DNA of 64,000 nucleotides, from contig CBFGJX010000011.1 of assembly GCA_965649225.1 (NCBI GenBank), forward strand, positions 16,467 to 80,466, given 5' to 3'. Source of the stretch: a candidate division WOR-3 bacterium. GTDB lineage: Bacteria > Hydrothermota > Tepidihabitantia > Tepidihabitantales > Tepidihabitantaceae. The notes beneath the pieces are model-generated. The model made no database searches and was not told the origin of the DNA. It was given only the letters and a program-made list of their open reading frames with translations. Every line of letters starts with the position of its first letter. The first letter of the stretch is position 1. The position numbers and the translations under genes were made by a program. Shown one piece after another: positions 46,713 to 55,908 of the stretch.

Positions 46713-49690
46713 TGCTGCCTCACTCTCTCCAGTGCCACTTCAGCGGGCCGGCCGTTCACCTTCAGTTGGCGGACAATGTCGGCCGCTGCCGGGATGGTAT
46801 CGGTCAGCTCAACCGCCAGGGTCTCACGCCGGATGTAATCACCGTGAACTGCCAGCGCTGTACTGAGCGGCGCTTCCGCCCTGACCGCCAGCCGAATCCG
46901 GTCAGCAACATCAAACCCGGCTTCCTTGCGCAGATTCTGAATCTGATGAACCAGTTCACGTGCCATCCCCTCGGCGAGCAGTTCCGGCGTCAGCGCGGTA
47001 TCAAGTCCCACCGTCAAATCCGCTGTCGTTTCGGTCGCCAGCCCCGGCGGCAGTTCGCCGGCCGGCAGGACAAACTCTACCGTCTTGACGTTCAGCTCCT
47101 CGCGCAGCGAATCTTCATAGCGCCGCAGGCTCGCCGCCGCTTCCGGCCCGGTCCGGCACACCAGCCGGGCCAGTGGCTGCCGCACCTTCAGTCCAGCCCT
47201 TTCCCGCACCGCCCGGCCGAGCGAAATCGCTGTCCGGACCAGTGCCACTTCGTTTTCCAGTTCGCGGTCCACCAGCTCGCGGTCGGCCTCCGGCCAGGGA
47301 CAAAGGTGAACCGATTCCGGTGCCGCCGGGTCGACCGCCCGTACCAGCCGTTGATAAAGTTCCTCAGCCAGAAACGGCATGAACGGAGCGAGCAGTCGGC
47401 ACAGCGTCGCCAGACACTCATACAGTGTCCGGTAAGCAGCCGCTTTGTCGGAATCGGAATCGGATTTCCAGAATCGCCGCCGGCTGCGCCGGACATACCA
47501 CACCGACAGGTCTTCGACAAACTCCTCTATCGCCCTTGTCACCGGCGGTGCGTCGTAATCGTCCAGCCGGTCGCGGGCTACCAGCAGTACCGAGTTCAGC
47601 CGTGAGATTATCCAGCGGTCGAGCCGGCTGCGCTGCTGGGGCGTAACATCCAGGGCCGCCGGGTTGATCCGGTCAATAGCAGCATAGGTGGCCAAGAATC
47701 CGGCACAGTTCCACAGCGTCAACAGCCGACGCCGGACTTCGTGCGCGCCGCCCCAGCCGAACAGCAGATTTTGCGCCGGGTTGTGTCGAGCAAAGATCCA
47801 GCGCATCACATCGGCTCCCATCCGTTCGACCGCGTCCTTGATTTCGATCGCGTTGCCCCAGGATTTGTGCATCTCGCGGCCGTCTTCGGCTTTCATCGTC
47901 GCGTAACCCAGCACGGTGCGGAACGGTGCACAGCCTTCCAGGACAGTCGACATCGCCAGAATCGCATAAAACCAGTTGCGGAACTGGCCGGGGAAGCTCT
48001 CGGTAATGAAGTCGAAGGGAAACCACTGCTGCCAGCCGGCACGGTCGGTCAGATAGTGAGTCGTCGAGAACGGCACGATGCCGGCATCAAGCCAGGGGTT
48101 GCCGACGTCGCGGATTCGCGCCACTGGCCGGCCGCAACGCCCGCAGGCAATTCGCACCGCATCCACCCAGGGCCGGTGCGGGCTGTGCCCCTCAAACTCG
48201 TCCCAGCCGGCCACGGCCCGCTGCTGCAGCTCCGCGCGGGAACCGACGACATCAAACCAGCCGCACTCGCACTTGAAAATCGGCAGCGCCAGTCCCCAGT
48301 AGCGCTTCTTGGAAATGCACCAGTCGCCCATGTTCGACAACCAGTCCAGCTCGCGCTCCAGCCCGAACTCCGGAATCCAGCGTACCTGCCGTGCCGAACG
48401 TTTGATTGCCTCGCGCAGCGGCTCTGTTGGCATCCCGGCGCTGACAGTTCCCCGCGGGCCGTCCATCGCGATAAACCACTCGTCCACCAGCCGGAACACC
48501 AGCTCCTCACCACAGCGCCAGCAGACCGGATAGCGGTGCCGGTAATCCTCCAGCCGGAAGAGAATTCCCTTTGCCTTCAGCGCCGAAAATACCAGTTCGG
48601 CCGCCTCGGCAGCGGTCCGCCCGGTCAACTCGCCATAGCCCTCATGAAACCGGCCCGACTCATCCAGCGGTGCTATCACCGCCAGCCCGTGCTCCCGCCC
48701 CAGCTCGAAGTCTTCCTTGCCGCAGCCTGGGGCGATATGAACAATGCCGGTGCCGTCGGCCGCGCTGACTTCATCCCAGGGTACGACCCGGTGATCAACG
48801 CCAGCCTGCACCGCCAGCTCGTCAAACGGTCCCCGGTAACGCAGCCCCACCAGCTCGCGGCCAGCCATACTGGCTGTCACTGCCGCCGTCGGCCCAAGCA
48901 CCCGCAGCAGATCGCGGGCCAGGATATACTCGGCCCCGTCCAGCCGGGCCCGGACGTATTCCAAGTCCGGATGCACCGCCGCCGCCGTGTTGGCGGTCAG
49001 CGTCCAAGGAGTCGTTGTCCAGACCAAAAGATACTCATTCTCCCGACCGACAACCGGCAGCCGCAGATAGACCGATTTGTGCACCAGCTCGCGGTAACCC
49101 TCGGTAACTATTTCCTGGTCCGAGATTGCCGTACCGCAGCGGGCACACCATGGCATCACGTCGGTACCTTCGTAAATCAGACCCCGCTGGTGACACTGCT
49201 TGAGAAAATGCCAGATGGTATAATTGTTTTCATCCGACATCGTGTAATAGGAATTGTCCCAGTCCATCCATTGCCCGATCCGGATCGACTGCTCGGTCTG
49301 AATTGCGGCGAATCGCCGCACCCGAGCCTTGCAGGCCTCGACAAACCGGTCGATGCCCAGCCGCTCGATATCACGCTTGCTCTTGAACCCCAGTTCCCGT
49401 TCGACCTCAACCTCGACCCACAGACCCTGGCAGTCGAAACCGTTCTGAAACCGCTGATCGAACCCCTGCATCGCCTTGTAGCGCTGCCAGATGTCTTTAT
49501 AGGTACGACCCCAAGCGTGATGCACGCCCATCGGATTATTGGCGGTAATCGGCCCGTCCAGAAATCTGAACTTCGCCCGACCACGATTGCGTTCGACGAG
49601 CTGGCGAAAGATATTCCGCTCGGCCCAGAAACGGAGAATCCGTTCCTCAATCTCCCGGTGGTCGGGTTGACGCGGAAAAGCGGCGTACAT
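46709..49690 (-). CDS. ileS: Isoleucine--tRNA ligase (type 2)
   Basis: DGPITAN..GVHH, WTTTPWTL, GTGIVHIAP, DWCISKKRYWG, EMHKSWGN, LKVRQPL. Confidence 0.96.
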   Translation of the reverse strand: MYAAFPRQPDHREIEERILRFWAERNIFRQLVERNRGRAKFRFLDGPITANNPMGVHHAWGRTYKDIWQRYKAMQGFDQRFQNGFDCQGLWVEVEVERELGFKSKRDIERLGIDRFVEACKARVRRFAAIQTEQSIRIGQWMDWDNSYYTMSDENNYTIWHFLKQCHQRGLIYEGTDVMPWCARCGTAISDQEIVTEGYRELVHKSVYLRLPVVGRENEYLLVWTTTPWTLTANTAAAVHPDLEYVRARLDGAEYILARDLLRVLGPTAAVTASMAGRELVGLRYRGPFDELAVQAGVDHRVVPWDEVSAADGTGIVHIAPGCGKEDFELGREHGLAVIAPLDESGRFHEGYGELTGRTAAEAAELVFSALKAKGILFRLEDYRHRYPVCWRCGEELVFRLVDEWFIAMDGPRGTVSAGMPTEPLREAIKRSARQVRWIPEFGLERELDWLSNMGDWCISKKRYWGLALPIFKCECGWFDVVGSRAELQQRAVAGWDEFEGHSPHRPWVDAVRIACGRCGRPVARIRDVGNPWLDAGIVPFSTTHYLTDRAGWQQWFPFDFITESFPGQFRNWFYAILAMSTVLEGCAPFRTVLGYATMKAEDGREMHKSWGNAIEIKDAVERMGADVMRWIFARHNPAQNLLFGWGGAHEVRRRLLTLWNCAGFLATYAAIDRINPAALDVTPQQRSRLDRWIISRLNSVLLVARDRLDDYDAPPVTRAIEEFVEDLSVWYVRRSRRRFWKSDSDSDKAAAYRTLYECLATLCRLLAPFMPFLAEELYQRLVRAVDPAAPESVHLCPWPEADRELVDRELENEVALVRTAISLGRAVRERAGLKVRQPLARLVCRTGPEAAASLRRYEDSLREELNVKTVEFVLPAGELPPGLATETTADLTVGLDTALTPELLAEGMARELVHQIQNLRKEAGFDVADRIRLAVRAEAPLSTALAVHGDYIRRETLAVELTDTIPAAADIVRQLKVNGRPAEVALERVRQH

Positions 49691-49750
49691 CAGCTCACAC
49701 CCCTCATGCCGGTGTTATTGCAGCCAGCTCCGGCCAACCGCCCGTTAACA

Positions 49751-51232
49751 TCAGCGCACCCGTCCCGAGTTACGGCCATCATTTTGAAAAGTCGGCCAGT
49801 AACCAGTCGCCAGTCCGGACGAACCGACAACACACCAGGCCCGCAGTCCGCTGCCGACATACACCAGCCCGGCGCCATCAACTTTTGGTGCCGACAGAAA
49901 GACATCCGCCAGCCCCTCACCCAGTCCGCAGGCCCAGCGCCGGCTGCCGTCGGGGCTGACCGAATAGAGCGAATCGACAATCTCGACGCCCGCAGTCCGT
50001 TTCTTGCCTGACGACACCAGAACGATGATCTGACCGTCCGCGCACACTGCCGGCGGTGACACCACGCCATCAAGCCCAGGGACGAATTCCCAGCGTTTGT
50101 TGCCCTCGTTGTCAAACGCCCACAGCTTGCCGCCACCACCGAGATAAACCGTGCCGTCGGGTCCCACCACCGGCGTTGATGCTCCCTCCCCGACGAAGGC
50201 ACTCCAGCCACCGGTCCCGGCAAAACTGACACTTGCCAACCGGCCGTCGTCGTCAACAACGTAAAGCACTGACCGGGTTGCGTCGAGGGCAAGCGACGCA
50301 TTCACCGGCGTACTGGAAACCTGAAACGGCCTCGGCCACTTCTGGGTGCCATTGGTCGGATCAAGCGCGTAAACCATCCCCTCCTGGGTCGCGACGAAAA
50401 TTGTTCCGTCAGGCCCCACCGCCGGCGAGGAAAAACCGCCGCCCAGCGCTGCTGTCCAGCGGCGGGTACCGCCGGGATTGAAACAGACAACGCCCGAATC
50501 CTCGTTCTGTACGACTATTCCGCCATCGCCCAGCAGTGCCGCACTGGCATGCACCGCACCGCCGCAGTAAGCCTGCCAGCGGCGGGTATTGTTTGGATTG
50601 ATTGCGTAGAGGGTATCGTTGGTGCAGCCGATGTAGATCGTGCCGTCGTCAGCCACAGTCGGCGCCGCCTCGAACGGATCCTCATCCGGCACTCGAAATC
50701 GCCAGACCGTCCCGTTCGGCCGCCGGGCGGTCATGATCCCGTAATCGCAGCCGATGTATACTGTGGAATCCGGACCAATGGCAAAGGTGTTCATGCTGAA
50801 GTCGGCCGAGTCGTCCGGCTCCTCGCCGGTGGCCCCAAACGACCACAGGACTTCACCCTCCCCGCCTGTAACCATCACCACCAGTGGCGCCGACCACCGG
50901 CTGGTGCGACGGTCATTGCGTGCCCGCACCCTGATGCTGTAGCTGCCCGGCTCTCGGTAGCTGTGAGTGTCCGACCAAGGCACGCCCGGGTCTAGCCTTG
51001 GCGACCACTGTGACTGTGACGCGTCGCCCCAGTCAAACTGGTACTGCACCTGTCTGCCCGACGGATCGGTAGTAACTGTCGTGCAGGCTTCAGCAATTCC
51101 CCGTCGCCACCGAGCCGGACCGCGTGGCGGCTCCGGAACGTCCGGTGCCTGCCCGCAACCAGCCCCGAAAAGCATCAGCCCCAGACCCAGCAGGTATAAC
51201 CAGCGGCCTGCATCCACAGAGCGGTTTTTCAT
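49751..51232 (-). CDS. PKD-like + PQQ-like beta-propeller lipoprotein
   Basis: Lipobox GAGC; YQFDWGD...HSY..PG.Y.IRVRAR; propeller repeats; C-terminal WPTFQNDGRNSG. Confidence 0.82.
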   Translation of the reverse strand: MKNRSVDAGRWLYLLGLGLMLFGAGCGQAPDVPEPPRGPARWRRGIAEACTTVTTDPSGRQVQYQFDWGDASQSQWSPRLDPGVPWSDTHSYREPGSYSIRVRARNDRRTSRWSAPLVVMVTGGEGEVLWSFGATGEEPDDSADFSMNTFAIGPDSTVYIGCDYGIMTARRPNGTVWRFRVPDEDPFEAAPTVADDGTIYIGCTNDTLYAINPNNTRRWQAYCGGAVHASAALLGDGGIVVQNEDSGVVCFNPGGTRRWTAALGGGFSSPAVGPDGTIFVATQEGMVYALDPTNGTQKWPRPFQVSSTPVNASLALDATRSVLYVVDDDGRLASVSFAGTGGWSAFVGEGASTPVVGPDGTVYLGGGGKLWAFDNEGNKRWEFVPGLDGVVSPPAVCADGQIIVLVSSGKKRTAGVEIVDSLYSVSPDGSRRWACGLGEGLADVFLSAPKVDGAGLVYVGSGLRAWCVVGSSGLATGYWPTFQNDGRNSGRVR

Positions 51233-51383
51233 GCTTGCCTCCCCGGTCGGGATTATCAGCAGGTTACGATTTTTCAACATGTTGCGATTGCGGAGCTCTC
51301 ATTCCGTCAGACTAAAAGCATAGCGCTAAACCGCCGAATGTCAACCGTTCGAGCACTGCGGACGATGCCGGCTCAGGAAATCG

Positions 51384-51410
51384 CAGGCCCCCGGTTTTGC
51401 CGGGGGCCTG
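51384..51410 (-). terminator. Terminator-like hairpin after the 51456-54338 genes
   Basis: Perfect 11-bp stem CAGGCCCCCGG/CCGGGGGCCTG, 5-nt loop; only a weak U tract. Confidence 0.65.
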
Positions 51411-51455
51411 GTAGTCTCAGTCGTGGGCCAGCAGTTGCTGGGTTGCGCCGTCCTG

Positions 51456-53267
51456 CTACTTGCCGCTGTTGTGCAGGTTCTTCTGCCACTTCGGCCAGGG
51501 CTCACTCGTGGCAAGCAACGCGTCGGTGTAGCCGGCGACGCAGTACAGCGCCTCGGCACCAACCACGATGATGTCGCCGCTGGCGGTGATCGTCGGGTTC
51601 GGCGAATAGTCAACGGTCTGTTTTCTGGCACCGCGTCCCTTCAGTTTCTCGGGCAAAAAGTCCGGGCAGTTACAGCTCCAGATGATTGCCCCGTCCGCCA
51701 TGTTCACACAATAGAGAACATCGGCCTCATTGACCGCATAAAGGTATCCCTTGGTGGTCAGAATCGGCGTCGTAGCGAACTCATTGGATCCGAACTGCTT
51801 CTGCCAGACAATGCTGCCATCGGTAAGATTGAGGGCATAGAACTTTCCGAACGCAGTACCCAGATACATCGTTGTGCTGGTCAGTGCCGGTCGCGACCCC
51901 TCGGCATCCAGCTGCCGCGACCACTTCGTCTGACCATTGGCAGGGTTGATGGCGAATACCTTGCCCTGGTCGGTCACGGTGTAGATTGTCCCGTCACTGC
52001 CGATCACCGGGCCATGCACCTCGCCATTTGCCTGCAGCGACACCCGCCACAGCGGCGCGAGCGTACTGCTCATCTTGTAGAGATAGCCGGAATCGGTCCC
52101 GAAATAAACGTTGCCGCCGGCGTCGATGACTGGAGCGTCGACGATCGCCGCGCGTACCCCGTAGGCAGCAATCTTGTTGATTGCCCCGGATGTGACTTCA
52201 AAGTAGAAGATACTGTCATCAGCATGGGGAATGTAGAGCTTGGTTCCGTTCCAAGCGCCTGAACCCCACTCGATGAAATTGCAGGAATCCTCACGTGTCC
52301 AGCCCGGCCAGCGCCGTTCATTGCTCATGCCGGCGTTCCAGACATACAGGATCCCTTCGTCCGAACCGACGGCGATGTCGCCCGTTGTTGGGTTCATCGA
52401 GGGGTGGCCGGTAAAGGTAAACTCGGGGAATTTGGTAGTGTTCGAGCCGGCACTCCGGCCGTTGTCGGTGCGGATGCGATAAAACTTGTAGTCGTCGTCA
52501 CAGGCGGAATAGATGCACTCGCGCGAGCCATCATTGGCGCATACCGCCGAAGTGATCAGCGGCCCCTGGTCGTCATCGTTGTTCCACCAGGTCCATTTCA
52601 CCGCACCGGCCGTGCCGACGATGACGCGCACCGAATCAACCGCCGACTTGGTGCCGCGTTTGTCCTGCAGCGTCGCCTTGGCCCAGAGCGTCTCAACCCT
52701 GGCGTAGGCGTGGGTAACCCGGAAACTGGCCGGCGAAGCCTGCCAGCCGGTAGTAGTGTCCTTGCCATCACCCCACTTTACCGTCAGGCGCACGGAGTCC
52801 CCATCCGGATCCGCACCCGCAACCCGGAATATCGCCTCGACACCCTTCACTGCGACCGGTGGCCCGACAAAAGTGTCGATCACGGGGGCGGCGTTGGGCA
52901 ACACCAGTACCGCCCGGCTTGGTGAATAATCTGAGGACTTTGTCGGATCAGCATCTAGCACTGCCAGTGCCTTGATCGAGTAGGTGCCGGCAACGCTCCA
53001 GGAGTGGGCGGCCGTTGCCTCTTCATTGGAGCCATAGGCAAGTTCAGTAGTCTCTGGCGGCGTACCGTCACCCCAGTCAAAAACGAACCGTACCGGCCCG
53101 GAAGGCGACTCGGTCTTGATACGGTATGAGGTCATCGCTCCGGTCCAGGTGGTATCAGGCCCCGCCGGTGCCTCGGTCGGCGTTGCTGGCGGCTTCTTGG
53201 GACAACCAATCACAACCAGCGCCAGCACGGCACACAGCAACACTGCCGTTGTTCTCGTCCAATTCAT
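51456..53267 (-). CDS. Lipoprotein with two PKD-like domains and a PQQ-like beta-propeller
   Basis: SD GGAGG, lipobox VIGC; FVFDWGDG and VKWGDG; propeller repeats; C-terminal WPKWQKNLHNSG. Confidence 0.82.
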   Translation of the reverse strand: MNWTRTTAVLLCAVLALVVIGCPKKPPATPTEAPAGPDTTWTGAMTSYRIKTESPSGPVRFVFDWGDGTPPETTELAYGSNEEATAAHSWSVAGTYSIKALAVLDADPTKSSDYSPSRAVLVLPNAAPVIDTFVGPPVAVKGVEAIFRVAGADPDGDSVRLTVKWGDGKDTTTGWQASPASFRVTHAYARVETLWAKATLQDKRGTKSAVDSVRVIVGTAGAVKWTWWNNDDDQGPLITSAVCANDGSRECIYSACDDDYKFYRIRTDNGRSAGSNTTKFPEFTFTGHPSMNPTTGDIAVGSDEGILYVWNAGMSNERRWPGWTREDSCNFIEWGSGAWNGTKLYIPHADDSIFYFEVTSGAINKIAAYGVRAAIVDAPVIDAGGNVYFGTDSGYLYKMSSTLAPLWRVSLQANGEVHGPVIGSDGTIYTVTDQGKVFAINPANGQTKWSRQLDAEGSRPALTSTTMYLGTAFGKFYALNLTDGSIVWQKQFGSNEFATTPILTTKGYLYAVNEADVLYCVNMADGAIIWSCNCPDFLPEKLKGRGARKQTVDYSPNPTITASGDIIVVGAEALYCVAGYTDALLATSEPWPKWQKNLHNSGK

Positions 53268-53306
53268 CTGTTTCTCCTCCCTGACGTCAGTCATGCCGTC
53301 ACAGCG

Positions 53307-54338
53307 CTAGCGGGTAACCACCGGCCCGTGGAAACTGCCCACTGCCGGGAAACGCACCGCCCCGCCTTTGCCGTCTTCAAAATAGTAGTAATACTCATGC
53401 ATTACCGACCGTGGCTGGCGCGAGCGGAAAACATAGTTGCCGGACCAGGCCTTGCCACCGGCATGTCTCATCTGGTAGGGAACACCATCTACGAATACCA
53501 GCGCCACCGCCGGCGGATCGCCGTCATCATCACGATAGGTAACCGACCAGGTGTAGCGCCGCTCCTTCGTACCGATGTTGGGCGTAACGCCGTTTTCGAG
53601 CAGTCGCGGCGGTCGGTTCTCGCGCTGCTCGACTACCGGTCCGCGGATGAAACCGTTGGCCGGCAACTTGACACAGCCGCCATCACCGTCGACCGCCTCA
53701 AAATAGTAAGCGTGCGGGCCTTCGGACAGCACTGTCGAGTAGAGATAGACGCCGTCGTTCGGTTCACCCGAATGAAGCTTCATCGGGTGAACTATACCGT
53801 CGACATAAACTCGTACGACCTTGGGCTCCTTGCATTTGTCCCGGTCGGTGAACCGCACCGTATAGGTGTAGAGTCCGTTGATTTCATCGGAATAGTGAAC
53901 TCCACCATCGGTCAACGTCGCCGGCCGGTTGTAGGGTTTGCTGCGGGTGCCGACGAACGGACCCGTGCGGGCCCCATAGCGCGGGAAGCGCTCGGCCGCG
54001 CCGCGGGCATCCTCGGCAAGAAAGTAGTGATTGTGCTCACCGGGAGGAAGCGAGATCTTCGCCTGATAGATGCCGTTATTGGTTTTGCCCTTGACCAATC
54101 GCATCGGGTAGGCCGCACCGTCGATATATACCTCGACCTTGGCGGCAGGGTCGCCATCGGGATCGCTGTAGCGGACCTCGGCAACGAAACGGGTCCGGTC
54201 GGTGCCGGAGATGGGGCGTATCACCGGCTCGCAGAGACATGGCTTGCCGTTCAGCGCGTCGGCAAGACTGACCGATGGCAAAGCCATCGCAACAAGAATC
54301 AATACGGCCACTGTCGCAGCGGCATGCTTCGAGCGCAT
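53307..54338 (-). CDS. Secreted protein of three tandem ~100-aa beta-sandwich repeats
   Basis: Signal peptide; three copies of V.Y.D.D.D....V..DG..Y.M....G.Y....H.YYF..D..G....P..G...GP.V. Confidence 0.8.
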   Translation of the reverse strand: MRSKHAAATVAVLILVAMALPSVSLADALNGKPCLCEPVIRPISGTDRTRFVAEVRYSDPDGDPAAKVEVYIDGAAYPMRLVKGKTNNGIYQAKISLPPGEHNHYFLAEDARGAAERFPRYGARTGPFVGTRSKPYNRPATLTDGGVHYSDEINGLYTYTVRFTDRDKCKEPKVVRVYVDGIVHPMKLHSGEPNDGVYLYSTVLSEGPHAYYFEAVDGDGGCVKLPANGFIRGPVVEQRENRPPRLLENGVTPNIGTKERRYTWSVTYRDDDGDPPAVALVFVDGVPYQMRHAGGKAWSGNYVFRSRQPRSVMHEYYYYFEDGKGGAVRFPAVGSFHGPVVTR

Positions 54339-54363
54339 TCTTCCTCCTTTTTCAGGACAGGGT

Positions 54364-54392
54364 ATTATAGTTTTGCTCCATCACAGTGTCAA
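54364..54392 (-). promoter_or_regulatory. Perfect-consensus sigma70 promoter
   Basis: Minus strand TTGACA N17 TATAAT. Confidence 0.8.
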
Positions 54393-54441
54393 GGCAGACC
54401 GCCGGTGCAATGACAGGGTAAGTGGCGTAGAGTCGTTAGTT

Positions 54442-55491
54442 TCACCCTTGACCGGTCTGGTCGACTGGCGCCTGAGTGGCCATCGCCGCCAGTTGCCGCG
54501 CGGCCAGAATGCCGCCGCATACCGCGCCAAGATAGAAACTGAAAAACCGCCAGACCACTACAAATACACCAAGCAGATGGCGCGGACATATTGCGTCATA
54601 AACCAGCAGTGCTCCGGCCTCGGCGATACCGCCGGCGCCGGGCGTGGGCATGAAAAGCAATACCGCGGTGAGCACCATGTTCAGACCAGCGGCCCGACCG
54701 AAGTCAGCCATCACACCCAGGCCACGCAACAGCGCTCCACTGATGGCAAACCACGCAGCTCCGTAAATGACAGTAAGCAGCAGCGCCAGTACCAGCAGCC
54801 GGAGGTTTCGCCGGACAAAGTAACCCTTCAGCCCGTCAGCCATCTGAAGGAACTCCACTAACAACCGGTCAAGCCAGCGACTGACCCGCGACTGCGACCG
54901 CCCTGCCAGGCGACCCGTCCGCAGTCTCTCAATCTGACGGGGGAAAACCGCCGCTGCCAGAACCAGCACCGCACCGAGCACCACTATCACTGCAATGTAG
55001 CCGCCCATCAGTCGGATCATCCGCGACGACACCCCCAGTTGCATCGCCACCAGCGGTGCCACAGCAAAAAGCAGCAAGTAGAAGATTATGCCCCGGGCGA
55101 GCAGCACCGCTGACGCCCGGCCGGGCGGGATACCGCGCCGGTTCATCAAATAAAGCTGCAGCGGCAACCCACCGAACTGAAACGGCGTCACTGCGGCCAT
55201 AAAGTAACCAATAAGCAGAACTTCCACCGCCATCAGGGGATTCATCCGGTGGGGCCCGGTCTGCGACAACACAGCGAGGCGGGTACCGTCGGCGAGCACT
55301 GCAACCAGCCATAACCCCACGGCAACAGCCAGCCAGCCGATACGTACCCGGCTGAGGTCGCGCCAGGTTTCGCGGCTGGCGGTGAGCGCCACGACCACCA
55401 CGCCGGCGCCGACTGCCAGCAGCAGAAAAACAGCCAGACCACGCCGGAAACCGGCCTTGTTCGGGGATGGCAGTTCCGTATTCGCGCCGAT
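54442..55491 (-). CDS. Lysylphosphatidylglycerol synthase TM/flippase-like (UPF0104) membrane protein; start uncertain (first canonical start GTG 55401)
   Basis: VTPFQFGGLP.Q, PTPGAGGIAE, VWRFFSFY; hydrophobic reading frame continues upstream to 55494. Confidence 0.82.
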   Translation of the reverse strand: MGANTELPSPNKAGFRRGLAVFLLLAVGAGVVVVALTASRETWRDLSRVRIGWLAVAVGLWLVAVLADGTRLAVLSQTGPHRMNPLMAVEVLLIGYFMAAVTPFQFGGLPLQLYLMNRRGIPPGRASAVLLARGIIFYLLLFAVAPLVAMQLGVSSRMIRLMGGYIAVIVVLGAVLVLAAAVFPRQIERLRTGRLAGRSQSRVSRWLDRLLVEFLQMADGLKGYFVRRNLRLLVLALLLTVIYGAAWFAISGALLRGLGVMADFGRAAGLNMVLTAVLLFMPTPGAGGIAEAGALLVYDAICPRHLLGVFVVVWRFFSFYLGAVCGGILAARQLAAMATQAPVDQTGQG

Positions 55492-55625
55492 TACTCAAAG
55501 CCTAGTCGCCGACCGCATACGGTCAAGCCCGCCCAGCGGTCATTGCCGGCAACCGGCACTGAGTTGACATCACTTTGCTTCGGGCTATCCTGTCCCAAGA
55601 AAAGAGTATTTCGGAGGAATCACTG

Positions 55626-55895
55626 ATGGCTCTGTCGAAGGAACGCAAGTCTGCTCTGATTTCGGGCCACCGTCTGCACGAAACCGACACCGGTTCGCCC
55701 GAGGTCCAGATCGCAATTCTGAGCGAACGGATCGGAATGCTGACCGAACATCTAAAGGTACACCGCAAGGACAAGCACTCTCGTCGCGGGCTGATCAAGC
55801 TCGTCAATGAGCGTCGTACCCACCTGAACTATCTGGCCAAGCACCACAAAGAACGTTACGAGCGCCTCGTCAAAGAGCTTGGTCTTCGGGGCTAA
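55626..55895 (+). CDS. rpsO: 30S ribosomal protein S15
   Basis: [34 protein letters not shown]; promoter TTGACA N16 TATCCT upstream. Confidence 0.97.
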   Translation: MALSKERKSALISGHRLHETDTGSPEVQIAILSERIGMLTEHLKVHRKDKHSRRGLIKLVNERRTHLNYLAKHHKERYERLVKELGLRG

Positions 55896-55908
55896 CAGGT
55901 AAACCCCG

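Noticed and set aside
55592..55625. S15 autoregulatory leader RNA
   Set aside because: Predicted 5' UTR is only about 28 nt, with no evident pseudoknot or junction
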